Shown piece by piece: positions 25,801-40,800 of a DNA stretch of 64,000 nucleotides. Location of the stretch: NCBI RefSeq assembly GCF_964355755.1, contig NC_092674.1, positions 868,001 to 932,000 of the forward strand, written 5' to 3'. How positions within the stretch are numbered: the stretch's first letter is position 1; the number at the start of each line of letters is the position of its first letter. The DNA is from Antedon mediterranea (lineage: Eukaryota > Animalia > Echinodermata). The position numbers and the translations under genes are program-made. The notes beneath the pieces are model-generated. The model saw nothing but the letters and a program-made list of their open reading frames with translations. It had not been told where the DNA came from and did not search any database.

Positions 25801-28800
25801 TACCAATTAGCAAGGGCCATGGATGTAGTGTGAAGAGTAATTACATACACATTTTGTATGTTTATAATATATAGAAGGTTATTGTACCAAGCAACAAGTA
25901 CAAAAATTGGTTTGCAATGGAGACTTCTAGAGGAAGGAGGTTATATTTTTTTGAACAAGAATAAAGAATTTATAGTATAATTTAGGGATATCTATTAAAT
26001 GTTTTTTCAAAGTCAGATACTAAATGAAGAAGAGGGAAAATAGAATTGTAGTCGTACACCCTAGTAATATGCACCATCCTTGTTCACTGCCATCTTTATA
26101 ATTACTAATTTTTCCTTATTTTTTTATTTCCTTCTCAAATGTCATGACTCACTCACAACTTGATGGTGTGATTTTTAAAACTTATAATTATCACAAACTG
26201 GTACTATGTATGATGTTATCTCAGTTCTAAAAGACTTAGTCATTTTCGTAGAAAATAAAACAAAAACTGTAAACAATGACTAACAATAATACCATACTAG
26301 CTTTAGTTGTTTTGTATACAGTATGTGTGCAAATTACTGGGATGTACCGTAAAAAATCTACATTAATTTTACTTGTAATTTGGCTAAGTTGCAGTATAAG
26401 AATTTCTAAATGTTTGAACTAAGTTCTAAATTGTAGGACTTAAAACAATCTTAATCAAATTTCTTGTTTTTTAAGTATGAATGTGATTAGGAAGGAAATA
26501 GAACCTCCTGTCTCTAATAGTTTTTAATCCTAATCGTATAACAACAGTACATTATTTCTATGTACTGGCTAAGACATACAGTAGTGTATCTTTGCATAGC
26601 GTCTTTCAAACATTTAAATGTTTGCTATACAGTAGTTGCATGTAGGTTTTGTAAATCTATGGTTTAATTTTTATGGCAAAGTTTTGGTTTTTTTTCATGG
26701 TATGACTGTAAAAAAGTGAGTACTCTACAATAGTAATTGCAGAGAAGCATTTCTTCATAAAGTTGCCTAAATTGAAAGGATTTTATTGTTTTGTTTATTG
26801 TTCTTTTGCGACGAAGAAATGAAATGAGATAATTTGTTGAACCTGTTTCAATGACAAGCATGAAAAGTTATGTAATAGAAGTAACTGAGCAACAAGTGAA
26901 CTGTAGTAACTTTTAATATGTCGCTGCTTTATTGGATTACGAATGATTCATCCGACGGCAGAATTATTGTAGCAAATCACAATTACCAAAGACAGTGATG
27001 CGAGTTGTTCCTGCCTGATAGCTAATTGTCATTGTTTGTTACCAGTGTATTTTGGTGTGCTCATTATTATTCACTGCCGGCCAACCGGAACTAAAACTAT
27101 CAACTTTTGCAATACTAATTGCAATCTGGGACGGTATTTATCATTTTCCTGGAAGAGTTGTGTATTGAAGATTTCGAAAGCTTATATAGTCTACTGTATT
27201 GAGGATTTGTGATAGTTGTTTTTGTTACCATTGAAGAAGTTTTTGTGGAATATAATTTTGTGCAATAATTAACTCTGGGATTCTACTGTATTTATGCAAA
27301 ATACTTTTTTTCAAATTTTAAATTCAAATTAAATTATTATTTTGTGGAAGTTTGCTTTCTACCATCAGCCAATTTGTTTTTGATTCCAGTTTAGTTTTTA
27401 CAAAACAAAACTAAATGTGAAAACAAAATTCTTGATTTGTATTAAAACTAAAAAAGAGTTTCACTTCAGTTTTGGTAAAGCAGTACATTTTAAAAATTCA
27501 ACGTGACAACATCGACATGAACTCTCGCAAGTCATCCGATTCACAGCTTCCAGTTCCTCGAGCTCGACGCATATCAGCGGAACGTCATAATTTTGGTATT
27601 GCGTCTTTAACGTCTGGTTTACGACGAACTGGAGCAACAAAGCAACCGTCACCAAATCGCAATACAACTGGATCGTCTATTCCCACTCCATCTACTACAC
27701 CTAGGAGGTTTCCGCACATTCGTAGTAAATCTCCGGTGAGGACATTATCGCCTAGTAGTAGAGAGGGTCCTATGAGTCCACCCCCTGTCAAAAGGAAGCT
27801 ACCGTCACCAAGTTTATCATCTAATCGTGAATCAAGTCCTATATTACGTTTTCTAAATTCTGCTTCTCCTAAACTACGACACCCAAACAAGAATGAAAAG
27901 CAGAATTCAAATGGTAGAATGCTGCGGCAGAAAAGTGATTCCGATCTACTTCTGGAATCAAGGCGTGGCAAACCCCCTAAACCGCCACCTAAGTCTCCGG
28001 GGGTTACCGGTAGCAGACTGAGCGTTAATGACTTAGCAAAAGAATTTGAATCGTCAATCGTTTCTAATTCTAAAAGTGCTGACGATCTTGTTAATAAACT
28101 GACGTTAGGACGAAGTATATCAGGTGGAAAGCAGGTGTCGTTTAGCACCAACAATTCGTTTGGTAGCGCTACGTTAAGGACCGGCAGTGGACGCGCTCTA
28201 CCGACTCGTGGAAGTCTAACTCGTAACCGATCATCTGATATGCTGCTGTTAGGAGAAGTAACGGAAGATGTTATTCTCAAGAGTCCGCCTCCAAAAAAGA
28301 AAATCAACGTTCTGGTGCGATATTTTTTTTATTATATTTTTTCATTACAATATACCTGTATATTAAAACCATTTTTTATGTACAGTTTTTGATTGATTGA
28401 TTCAGGTAAGGTTGTTATTTTTACATTCCACTGAACAGTATCAAGTACAATGTACATTATGCCATTGGTTTACTCACTGTCTGGCATATTGGTTATGCTG
28501 TAGGCCTAGGAGATTTGTCAACTGGCAAGCGTTGAAACTTTCTCTCAACTGAAAACAAGATTTAAAGCTCTGTTCACACTATCAAACTAGTTTGACAAAA
28601 AAAGTGTGATGTGCCCAAATATGGTGATGATACAGGTATGACATCATCATGTCCATAGAATTTGATAGTGTAGACTGAGCTTTAGTTTAGTTTTTGTTCA
28701 AATGCTTGCATTCTAAGTTATGTACTATATCACAGTTATATCGAAAATGATACGGTATCAGTTTTTCGATTTATAGTATATTTTTTGATTTATAGTTTGG

Positions 28801-31800
28801 TTGAAAAGTTTATTCTGTTATTATCGGTGAATTATTTTAATCAAGTTTACTGCAGTAAAGGTTGATTACTACAGTAATTCACTAATACTTTCATCCCATT
28901 ACCAAATGACTAATACCGTAGATAACATACTGTAACATTATAACAGACCTTCGTAATTATAAAACACAACTATACATTTCTATTTTAAATATGTTTTTAT
29001 AATATTCACCTTGAAATGAATAAATTTATTTTGACTGCGCAGTGCTCCTGTGTATTGCATGATTCATGGCCTGTAATTTCTAACGGAAGTCTAGAAAACT
29101 CGCAAGGAAGTCAAATTTAAGTTATTATTGTCGTAGATGGTAACTGCCTTAAATATTGCATTATTTTAGTAGTCTATAAAGTGGATTAGAAGATTTAAAT
29201 TAAATACCTGTTGTTACTTCCAATTATTTTTTTGTTATTGTCATACTGTAGGTGTTTTTCGGTTTGTGAAAATTAACTTTTCAAAAACAGAGTTTTAATT
29301 GTTACATAATTAATAGGATTTGGCAGCTGTACTTTAAAACATTCTGTTTAGAATCTGTCTTCGGTCTATTTCGTGCTTAGTTTACTTGGATAAACCGACA
29401 ATAGCCTCATTTTGTTAATGTGTTAATTGCTCATCAATTATTGTAAAGGAAGTGGTTACGTCTACTTGTGTTGAAAACCGAACAACTGACTGACTTTTTG
29501 ACATTCAGTTACAGTTGGATTTACTGTACATGCATTCCTTCCTTTAGGCCTACATAGTAGGCATTATACAGTAAAAAAACATTTTCCCTTTTCCCACTAA
29601 AATGACATTGTTATTACAAATATTGTGTACCATTTGCTGAGTGGCTCCAGGTGCTTACATTTAGTTAGTTTACTCTATTTCATGCCTAGGTTACCTGAAT
29701 AAACAGACAATAGCCTATTCTCACCAATTAGACAATGAATTTAAAGATCTCTTTCCAAAAATGGTACAGTAAACTGTAGACTTTATTTTATTTATACCTT
29801 TCTTCTTTCCTTTTGTACATAACCTCTTTCTTAAAGTTGTAATAAAAATAGAAATGTTCATTTCATTTTATTACTTATTTGTTATACTGTTGTTAATAAT
29901 ATTTTATTAAATATTAGTGTGTTTGTGTACGAGGTAAACATTTAAGGTTTATAATCTGTTCATGTTTTATAATCATACCATATTGTTGGTTGTTTTTATT
30001 AAATGAACTAGAGATCTCCAGGCAAGGTTAACACATTGCATGATGGGAAGGTTTAATGAAGTGTTGCGTAATGATAACACATGTTGCAGACTTGCTTTAG
30101 AAAGCGGACGCCTCAAATTCTTTTGATGCTAAGCTTCACTAGCTTGTCTCGATTTTTAAACACAGAATTTGCAGCGTATTATTAGATGGTTAGTTACTGC
30201 ACTTTATGTCTAATCTACATGTTATTTTGTTAACCATGAGAAATAAAGTGGTGCAGTCATGGAGTAAAAAGGTGCAGTTTTTGCAAGAAAAAAGGGAACA
30301 ATCTCGGTTCAAGTCACTTTGTTGTCAAAGGCCTCTGTAAAAAAGTGGTCAGCCTGGTTGAAACCTTTCCAACTGTACTGCCCTACATGAATGATATTGA
30401 AATAGGCAAAACAGATTCATCCACTAAAATTTAAAAACAGATAAAATCATTTTCACAGAAAGTATATCCATCATTTTTGTAATTTTTTGAAGTGAGCCCT
30501 CTATTCTTATTTTTTGGTACTTCCTAATTATTTCCTAGTATGATGGTGTCAATTATCAAAACTTGACATAATTAATGTATGTTACCTGATTAATTGATAC
30601 ACGATAGGAAACGTTATTATTAATTAAGATAAAATACAAATTTATATAGTTTTAATTTAGAGATGACAAGCTATTGATAATTGAAGATTTCATCAGTTGA
30701 AGACTAAAAGAGGGTTGGGAGAGGAGTGGTCTTAGCAGGAAATGTTTCCACTTCATATTTTACACTGGTAGAAAAACACATTAATATTTTTTTCTTTAGC
30801 AATTCAAAAAATAAATTTGTTAAACTTTAAAATATCACATTATTTAGCTGACATTTTTATAGTCAAGAAACATGAAATGTGCAGAAATAAAAAATAGATA
30901 ATTGAATATTTGCTTGCATATTTAGTAATTATGTAAATAGTATTTTAGTTTACATTAGCAATAGCTTCTTTATCAAAATAGATAAAATATAGTTAATCAC
31001 CAATTATTGTCAATAATAAGGGGTGTGTTTACTAACTGAGTGAGGGGTTAACTAAATACCATTAGATCATTGGTTATTTATTTATTCACGTAGGCCTACC
31101 GTAGTCCATTTTAGTGAAAATGTTTACTGAATTGTTAAAAGTTGGACTTTATTGCTAACATTAACAATAACATTACAACTACTGTAGCAGAATATACTGT
31201 AGGACCTTATTATGTTGGGAAACAACAAAAAACAAAACAATTATCATTTTGTTTATGTTAATTATTTTCACATATCAGATTGTATTAATTTTGTCAAGCC
31301 CTCTAGAGTATTAACTTGACCATGAAAACGCCTCAGGGTTGCATAATATAATATTCCACAATATACCACCAATCATTGTAATATTGCTTACCACATCCAG
31401 CACCAAAGCTGCAGTCTGTTGTCAAACGAAACAGCAGTGAATTATTATTATAAGGTCGCACTCTGTAGTTCAAGTGACTTTATGATGTCATAGGATGCAG
31501 ATAGGGAGTGACCATTGAATGAGTTCTTTTATTGTTGTTCCTATTTACTATCCTGCCTACCGCAATCAGCTGATAGATACTCCTGGATAGATGCAGAGTA
31601 ATTTGACACATAGTAAATGAGTTCTGTAGGATTTTAGTTCAAAATATCGTAATTTTTGGTATAATTCCATATGGAAATCCCGCAGATAGTTTGCCCGGAT
31701 CAGGTGGCATCACAACAGATTGTGTGTTATGTTACGGATTGGGTAAGTAGCATGTGCTTATAAACTAAGTATCCATGATACATTAATGTGACATATTATT

Positions 31801-34800
31801 AATTACTCCAATGTTGTTTTGTAATGTTCCTAATATTTCCAATATTTTTATTAATATAATTAATAATAAAGATTTGTTTATTAATTTTAATTTATATTTT
31901 TTTTAAAGGGAATACAAATATTTTGAGGATGAAACTTTTCAAACAAAAAATGAAAATGACTAAAGCTCTGTCTACACTATCAAACTTTACGTGACAAAAA
32001 AGTGATGTGCCCATAATAGGGTCATGATGATGTCATATCACTACCATATTTAAGGATATCACTACCATATTTGGGCACATCACACTTTTTTTGTCAAACA
32101 AGTTTGATAGTGTAGACATACCTTTAGTTGTGTATACTTGTTGTCAATGTTTGACTTTTATTACTCAAGTACTGTACCTACTGTATGCACATTGAATAAC
32201 ATAGGTGCTGTACCTACTGTATGCACATTGAATAACATAGGTGCTTTAAGTTTTTTGTTAAGGTTAGTAAAGTACTTACTGCAGTGTGTTAAACATATTT
32301 CCTGGTTCAGGTAAAGTTAACAGACCATGTTTGCTGGAATGAAACTATTTTTGAAAATGTGTTTTCAAAATATTTTAATTTCATGTGTTGGTGTTTTTTT
32401 AATGTTGGCTCCTGTTCTACTGAACTTTGCTGTAAATATCTACCAAGAAATTTATTTTAAAATTTAAATAATTTTTAAACAGGTTTTATTAATTTATATT
32501 GACCTATTTAAAAAATATATAAATACATATTTTTTGTTGTATTAATCATCACCATAGTAACAAAGCATTTATCATTCCCTCTTGGGACAGATGGATGATC
32601 CTGTTCTACCTGTCAGTGACATCTGTGTGCAATGTTTCTGAATGTTGTTTTTCCCAAAATGCACGATCTATGACATATGCAACAGGGGTGGATCCAGAAC
32701 TTTTTAAACAGAAGAGCGCTAACATAAAAATAGATATGGTTTTAAATTTGTATAGCGCAAAATACAAATAGTCTCTATGCGCTGTTTAACACAAGTGTAT
32801 AAAGATCAAAATGTAGTATTATATAAAGTTTGTGGTACACCACATATCTATTTCTGAAACGAACTGTTGAGTTTCTCAACGTTTTTGATCAATATACTTT
32901 ATATCAACATTTGATTTTGCCATGCCAATCTTCAAATACAGTAATAAAAATGTAGACTTTTTATCAGTAATTTATTAACATTTTTGATGTTCAAGTTAAA
33001 ATATAATACGGTATAGTCTATTTCGTGCCTAGCTTACCTGGATAAACTGATAAATGCCATATTCTCCTCGAACAACTATAATAAAGATATCCTTATATGG
33101 GTTAGTTAGTTCTTCCTGTCATTGTGTTTAATGATAGGTGCTATTTTCATTTTGGATTAATTGATTCCTGTTTAGCCTTAATTTGTTTAGATGGATTTAC
33201 AGTCTAAGTATTTCATAGACATTAAAGACTATAGTGTTTTTATATCTGTGTCCGACACAAACTTTCTATTGAGCTTTAAAAGATGTTCATTTTTAAGTTA
33301 TGTAGTTTATTTCGTGCCCAACTTACCTGGATGAACCAGAAATAGTCAATGGTCACCAGCCGGACTTAGATAAGAAAAACCTTTCTACTGTAGAACACCC
33401 CTGTAACATATTGGCCCATGATGATGTAAAATGTACTTGTTTAAGACCTAAATTTCTTTGACTGTGTGGAATATTGTAGAGTACAGAGGGAAAACCTGCC
33501 TGTACTTTTACGTGTGCCATATTCACTTCCTGGCTAACATCAGGAAGTGAATGGATCCTTTAATTTCCTGAACATTTTAACAATCTATGATAATTATTCA
33601 AACCCTTCCTTGTGTTGTCTTTTTTAAGCTCTATCTACACTATCAAACTCGTTTTATACAAAAAAAGTGTAATGTGCCCAAATGAAGTAGGCCTAGTGAT
33701 ATGACATCATATGGTCACATCACATTTTGTTGTCACATAAAGTTTTATAGTATAGACACTTAAAGTTAGTACCAGCATTTTATTAATGAGTAACAACTAA
33801 ACAGTGGCCAAGTTATTAAATCTACATTTACACTTATTCCTTTTGACAGAATGGAGGATGATGTTGTGTTAAAAATAGAAAAAAATTGTATAAAAAATGT
33901 GCCTGCCAATATGCTTTCAGTTTTGTAAAACATGCTTTACTCCACAGACCAACATATGAACTCATTGTGCATAAGATTGTTTGTGAGTGAATCTGATGAA
34001 ATCATGTGTTTGTTAATGTTATCCATAGAAATATCCTACAGTGCTAACCAACAAAAATGTAATTGTACATTATACAGTCTATGGCTGTCATTTTATACAT
34101 TGATTTTATTTATTGTTCTCGTCCAAAAATAACAAACATTCTTAAATACAAATGACTAACTTGCGAAAGGAAAATATTTAATGAATGTGTTACTTGGACT
34201 CCAATGAAATATTTAATTAATGTATGGTATGGAATGCTGTTTTTATGACTTTTCTTTAATTCCAATCCTTTAATATTTGCTTTTTGAAGCATGAAGTTTA
34301 CCATGATGGCTTAGTCTGCTTATCCATGCGGTGTTTATGATTGGACAATCAGCAGAGATTTACGGATGTTCACTCAAGGTGTGAACTATTTGTATCCCTT
34401 CAAAGCTGTTTATTTTTTGTTTTCTACTGGATCTAATCTTTTAAAATGTATACAGGAATAGATACATAAATTGGACATAAATGTTCAGAAGAGGTGTCTC
34501 CTTTAAACATTACTTTTTTGTTGTTGAAATCATTTCAAGATGTCCTGGGTGAGTTGTGGAAAGTCTCTCATAATAGGAATTACTTAAAAAACTGTTATCA
34601 GTATTTTTTGTCATCTTCATCTATTGTATTCAGATGTATTCAGACATAATGTAAGCCCTCATTTTCTATTTACAGTAAGCATACGCTATCACATATGTAC
34701 AGTAGTATTACTGTAGTAAATTTAAGCAAAGAAATAGCTCTGCTAATTTTTCTGGCTGTTACTTTATCGTTTTGATTTAGCTTTTTGCTTATATTATTTT

Positions 34801-37800
34801 GTATCTCCATTGAGATCCAGCCACTGATGATACCCACAGTATTGTCATATTTTCAGTGCTTATTTTATTTGTATCTTCATTGACATCCAGCCACTGATAC
34901 CCACAGTATTGTCATTTTTTCAGTAATTTTCCTTTGGACTTGTAATAAATAAATGTTAGCCTATGCTTGGCCTCTATTTCTCATGAGTTTAAGATTTCCT
35001 AGGACAGTCCTATCTAGATACAGTATTAGGAAGTGTACAATGTATTGGAATAGCTCAATATTGCTTTGTAATAAAGTAGTATGATGATATGAGACGAACA
35101 AGACATCTGATTCAAAACCTATTGTTACCTTTTAAATATAGTACTATAGATTCCTTTCACATGGATTAGTGCTTATCAATAGGCAATAGACAAACTTAGG
35201 TAGTAGGTCTTTTGTAATAGTTAAGAATGCTTGCTTAACCCAGTTGAGTATCACAAACAACCAACATTCAGTTGCTTTCATATTTTTTTCATTTCCAACT
35301 AAAGTAAACTATTTTTAATAATTTCCCAGTTTATCTATTGATGTTTTTGAAAAGCATTGTAAAACAAATATAAAAAAAAACTAATCACAAACAACCAACA
35401 TTCAGTTGGTTTCATATTATTTCATTTTCACTTAAAGTAAAACATTTTTAAAAATTTCCCAGTTATCTATAATGTAAAACAAATAAACCTTTTTTTTTAA
35501 AAATCAGTATTTCTTCCTGTATTATTAAAGAAAAAATGAATTTTGAAATAGAATTTTGTAATGCACCAAAACCGGAGTGCTTGTGTAAAGCTCTGTCTAC
35601 ACTATCCAACTTTATGTGACAAAAAAAATGTGCTGTGCCCATACAGTTTATGGACATGATGATGTCATATCACTACCATATTTAGGCGCATCACACTTTT
35701 TTTGTCAAACTGCTTTGATAGTATAGACAGAGCTTAAGGGCAGAATGATTGTGGGAGTTGTTAATGGCTACAGGAGGGAAATTTTGAAGTGTATACACAA
35801 CAGTTGAAAACGCACTAGGTTAAATGCAAGGGAATATTTAATGTATTACCGTAGTTTAAGAGATGTAATCAAATATGAACAAAGTAATTATTTGTTTAAT
35901 CGGAAATGAGCAACATTTAATTAAGTACATTAAAACGTCTAGACATTTGTTTGTGATAGTACCACTGTATTGAAAGTGATTCGATTTTTTAAATGCAGAG
36001 TGCATTCATAGTTAAACAAACTCTAAAAAAAGACCAAAATTTTATTTTGTATTCCTTCCAAATGAAATTACTAACCAGGCGGATGATGGCATTAACTGTG
36101 CTTTAATTCAGGGAAATTATTATCCTAACGTTATGATGATGAATGCTTAATACAATTAGTCGGTAAAAAACCAGAAAGCGATTACAAGCTACAAATCGTG
36201 TATGGTAAAATTACTTGCATTGCCTTCTATCCCCAGTCGAAGTCTCTAATAGCTCTCGATGTTTAAAGGTCTGTCTACCAACTATTAACATAATATCAAT
36301 AGTAAGCCTGTTTATTTTGATTGAAACCATTGTTTGTTTTTTCAGGATAAATATGCCCCAATTGAACCAGTAGATTACGAGGAATTAATAATCAAGAAGA
36401 AATCTGCAATTATTAACGATGGTTTACGGCTTATGCTCACGTTCCCTCATGATGATGTATCAGTAAGTATGATCTTAAGCTCTGTCCACACTATCAAACT
36501 AGTTTGACCAAAAATGTGTGATGTGCCCAAATATGGTAGTGGTATGCCCAAATATGGTAGTGATATGCCCAAATATGTTAGTGATATGACATTACCATGT
36601 CCATGGGCACATCATATTTTTTTGTCACATAAAGTTTGATAGTGTATACACAGCTTTAGGTTAAGAGAAGATACTCAAAGGATTCCTCCACAGACTTTAT
36701 TATGAGCAAACATATGATGGTGTGTTTAAGTTTTATTTCCTTACTTTCACATAGCATTGCATACAAAATGAAAAATGACATTAAACATATTTTATAAACT
36801 AAATGTCCTTACTTTCACTTAGTATTACCGGTAAACACAAACTCAATATTACGAATGAAGTAAGTAAAGCAAAAGTAATGTAAAAAGCAAAAACCATTAA
36901 AAAAAACATTGAATTTCCTAAATTTCACTTGACAAATATATGCTCCTGTCACCCACAACTTTATTGAATAATTTTTGGAAACAGTTTTATTTTTAATAGA
37001 CAATATTATTCCCAAATTTTAATTACAATGATTTGCTGCAAAAGAAAGATTCTTTCCTCATTATTCATGAATCTATCCAACTATCCAGTATAATCTACAA
37101 CTACTGTATAATCCTTTAATAGAAGATACTGTAGTTTAGTTGCAAAGCAATTTGACTTTTGACCTCTCATTACCAACTCATCATCACGTTCTCTTCTTCA
37201 GTAATTGGGAAAACAAACATAAGTTTAACCGCTATATTTTACATACGTTTCCTGTAGAAATAAACCCTTTCTTGGATTTATTATACTAATCATCAAACGA
37301 CATACTGTTGTACTTATGAGGGATTTTAGCAGAAACGTGCATAGATAATGAGACCTCTCGTTAGAATTGTAATATTATCAGCAAGTCCTCTTCTCATTAG
37401 CGCATTTAAAGTTGTTAGTCTTTTGATTAGAATTGCGACAATGAATATGAATCAAAGAAATAGTAAAGCATTGAAAACATTAATTGATAACATTTGTTTG
37501 CAGTTTATACTATTTCCGGGGTTCTGATCAAAGGATTGATTAAAACATAACAAAACATAATCATAAGATTGAATTAAACTTTTTCACACAAGCAAAAAAT
37601 TACCCGAGTGTAATTTGTTAACCTCATCCGAAGATTCTTCATCAGCACAAACTAGTCAGGCGGTCAAATGGTTTAACAAAATATGTTAAAATTTAATTTA
37701 ATATAGCTAAAACTTACTGTATTAATACCAAATAAAGACACATATTTTGATTATTTTTGACTATTAAGTACAATGTATTTAAAATCTACAAAAATGTTCT

Positions 37801-40800
37801 AAACTAATTAAAATAAACATATATTTTCTATATATTATTATTGTTACTGTAGAAGAAATGTTTGTACTTAACAATATTAGGTTAATATGATAGCAGCATC
37901 TTGCTATCATGGAGTGTGTTACATTATGCCATTTGTTGTGACTATGTTTTCCTACTAATGGACATGGTAACATCAACGACTCTTTAATATGATAGATGCA
38001 TTTACAGGATAAAACACTGTCGCCATTAGACTTCCTCGACCAGACACTCTATAGTAAAGTTAGTAGCGTTAAAGTTGAATAAGAATAATTACATCTTGAT
38101 AATCAGTTTCTTTGAATCACATAAAAACTAATTTGCTTTCGAGGAAAACAGTGGTTGTAAACTAACTGCTTTATTTATAAATTATACCAATTAATATTAG
38201 TTGATTATTATTTATTTATAACGTGTGCAATTATATACAGTAGATCTCCTCTTTTGTACCATCCCTATTCAGAGGACACACCCATTATGAGTACACTTAT
38301 GTGTAAAATTAATGTGGTGTAATATCTGCTTTTAACACTATAGCCAACTGCTATTCAGAGGAAACCTCTATTAAGCTCTGTCTACACTATAAAACTTCAT
38401 GTGACAAAAAAATGTGATGTGCCCATATATGGACATGATTATGTCATATGATATCACTACCATATTTGGGCATATCACTAACATATTTGGGCACATCACA
38501 CTTTTTCTTGTCGAACTAGTTTGATAGTGTAGACAGAGCTTAAAAGGACAATTTGATGTTCCTTTAATAATAGATTTAAAACAATACTTTGTCAATTGAA
38601 AGTAACCAAGTTAAATTGAAACAGATTTGTTTCCAAAAAGTCTTTCAAATATTTCACAACGTTCCAGTGACCAATGCTGTTAGTTTACAAGTTAGACCTG
38701 CATACATGTCAGTACAGCGGATTAAACATTATAAATCTAAACATATTATTACGTGAAACGTCCGCTATAAAGTGCGCTTCAAGAATGCTAACACAACATG
38801 AAGAGACTTTTGACTGTCCTCATTACGTCGTTTGTCTGACATCATTCATAATCTTTTAAATCTATTACTTCACTATTGATAACATTATTTACAATACTCG
38901 AAAGCATGTTGTATTGTTAATGATGCATTTGACATACATTTTAATTGATTTGAGATTACGACAACATGTAAATATTCTTGATCAATTAAAAAGTTCTGTT
39001 TTTCAAAACAGGAGCAATTCCAGAAAACTACTGTATAATCTAAAAATCTGGTTTCTGGTTCAAAATGTGTTGATTCTATTTGAAATGTATTTGAAATCAG
39101 ACACTAAATAAATTCTTTATAAAAAAAAACTGTATTCTAATAATTTTTTTATTTTTAGTCCTCAACACAGCCACGGAAAACAAGAACCAACCAAATATCA
39201 GTACCTGAAACAGCAAGGGATGAAGCACAGAATCTTTTTGTTAAAGAGGTAAGTATTCATATAAAAGGGATACAGTAGCTACCCATTTTAGGTGACCTAT
39301 TGTGATGTCTCAAAGGAGGAAACAACACCATGGTCTAACACAGTGTTAAGCTCTGTCAACACTATCAAACTAGTTTGACAAAAAACAGTGTGATGTGCCC
39401 ATATATGGACATGATGTGATATCACTGCCATATTATTTGATCATATCACTACCACACTTTTTTGATAGTGTAGACAGAGCTTTACACAATCTTAAGCCCT
39501 CTGTTTACACTATTTTGACAAAACCAATGTGACATGCCCAAAGTGTCCATAATATACAGTAAGCACATCACATTTTCACATGAAGTTTTATAGTGCAGAC
39601 AGAGCTTCAAGTCTTGTCAAAAATCCCATATTTTGCTTTATTTTAATTCTTTGATACAAGGGTTATAACCATTACTATTTAGAGATTGCAAGATAACCCC
39701 CAACGCTTATGTTAACGATCCAACCTGGTTTGGTAATGAGTCTACCGTTCAGGCTTCAAGGTATATGAATTATTCAAAGTGAAAAGCTGATCTTTCTACA
39801 CTATGTACAATGGGATATGTCTACATCTAGACATACTTTAATATGTACATATTGTAACAAGAAAAACAATTTCGCTAAAATGTCAAGTATGTGTTAAGTG
39901 CAATAGATTTAATATTTAATATTTTCATCGATGCCATCTGAAAACAAAATCTATAAATACAAGAATATAAAATGAAATTTCAATCAATAGGTTTTCCATG
40001 TTTGAAAAGATGACAAGCATTTTTAATACTAAAATCATATTCAGTTTCCAAGTAAATTCCTCAGTAAAGTTGTTTTTAACTTTCCATTTAAACAAACATT
40101 CAACAAGGAATTAACATTTATAATTTTAGAATATTTACACCGTTTTACAGGTAATACATTTTCTGTATGTCCTTCCTCATCTAAAATTCTTGGATTCGGT
40201 CACAACTATTTATAGACAGTTTTAATGTCATTATGAAAATGTTGTCCAATCCCTGATTTCCCAAGTTTCTTTTCCTGAATAACATGGTATTATGGTATGT
40301 AATGACATACTTCTTGCTAATGACATCATCATGAGATGTGTCCAATCATGTTCACATCTTTCCAAAAGTTGTCATGAGATTGTTATTGTCCAATCAAATG
40401 CTTTGTACTGTCTAGTTGGTGTATCTTGGGAGTGTTATTGTCCAATCAAATGCTTTATACTGTCTAGTTGGTGTATCTTGGGAGATATCAAGTTGTATTA
40501 TGAATGACAGTTTTTTTTTATGGTGATGTAACAATGTTTTTGTGTACTTGAATAATGATGCCAGGTCCATTGGGATGCTTCAAAAACAAAGTATCTTTCT
40601 TCAGAAATTCTTAATATAAAAATGTCTTGTTTGACATCTGGTTGAACTGCATTCTTGAATGTAAATTACAGTACAGAGTTGACAGCGGTTTTATATTAAC
40701 TTAGTGCTAACTTTGGGAGATAAAATTAAGCCTATCCTCAAGTCTTACAAAGAAAGTCTTAACAAGAAATATTTCTTACAAAAAACGCTGCGTAACTTTT

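Noticed and set aside
27585-28307. 240-aa minus-strand ORF
   Set aside because: Antisense shadow of the Ser/Pro/Arg-rich + strand exon; no independent motifs or splice context.
32175-40490. Short local duplications (about 32175-32245, 34790-34925, 35252-35470, 40388-40490)
   Set aside because: Ordinary two-copy intronic duplications with no coding or splice consequence seen.
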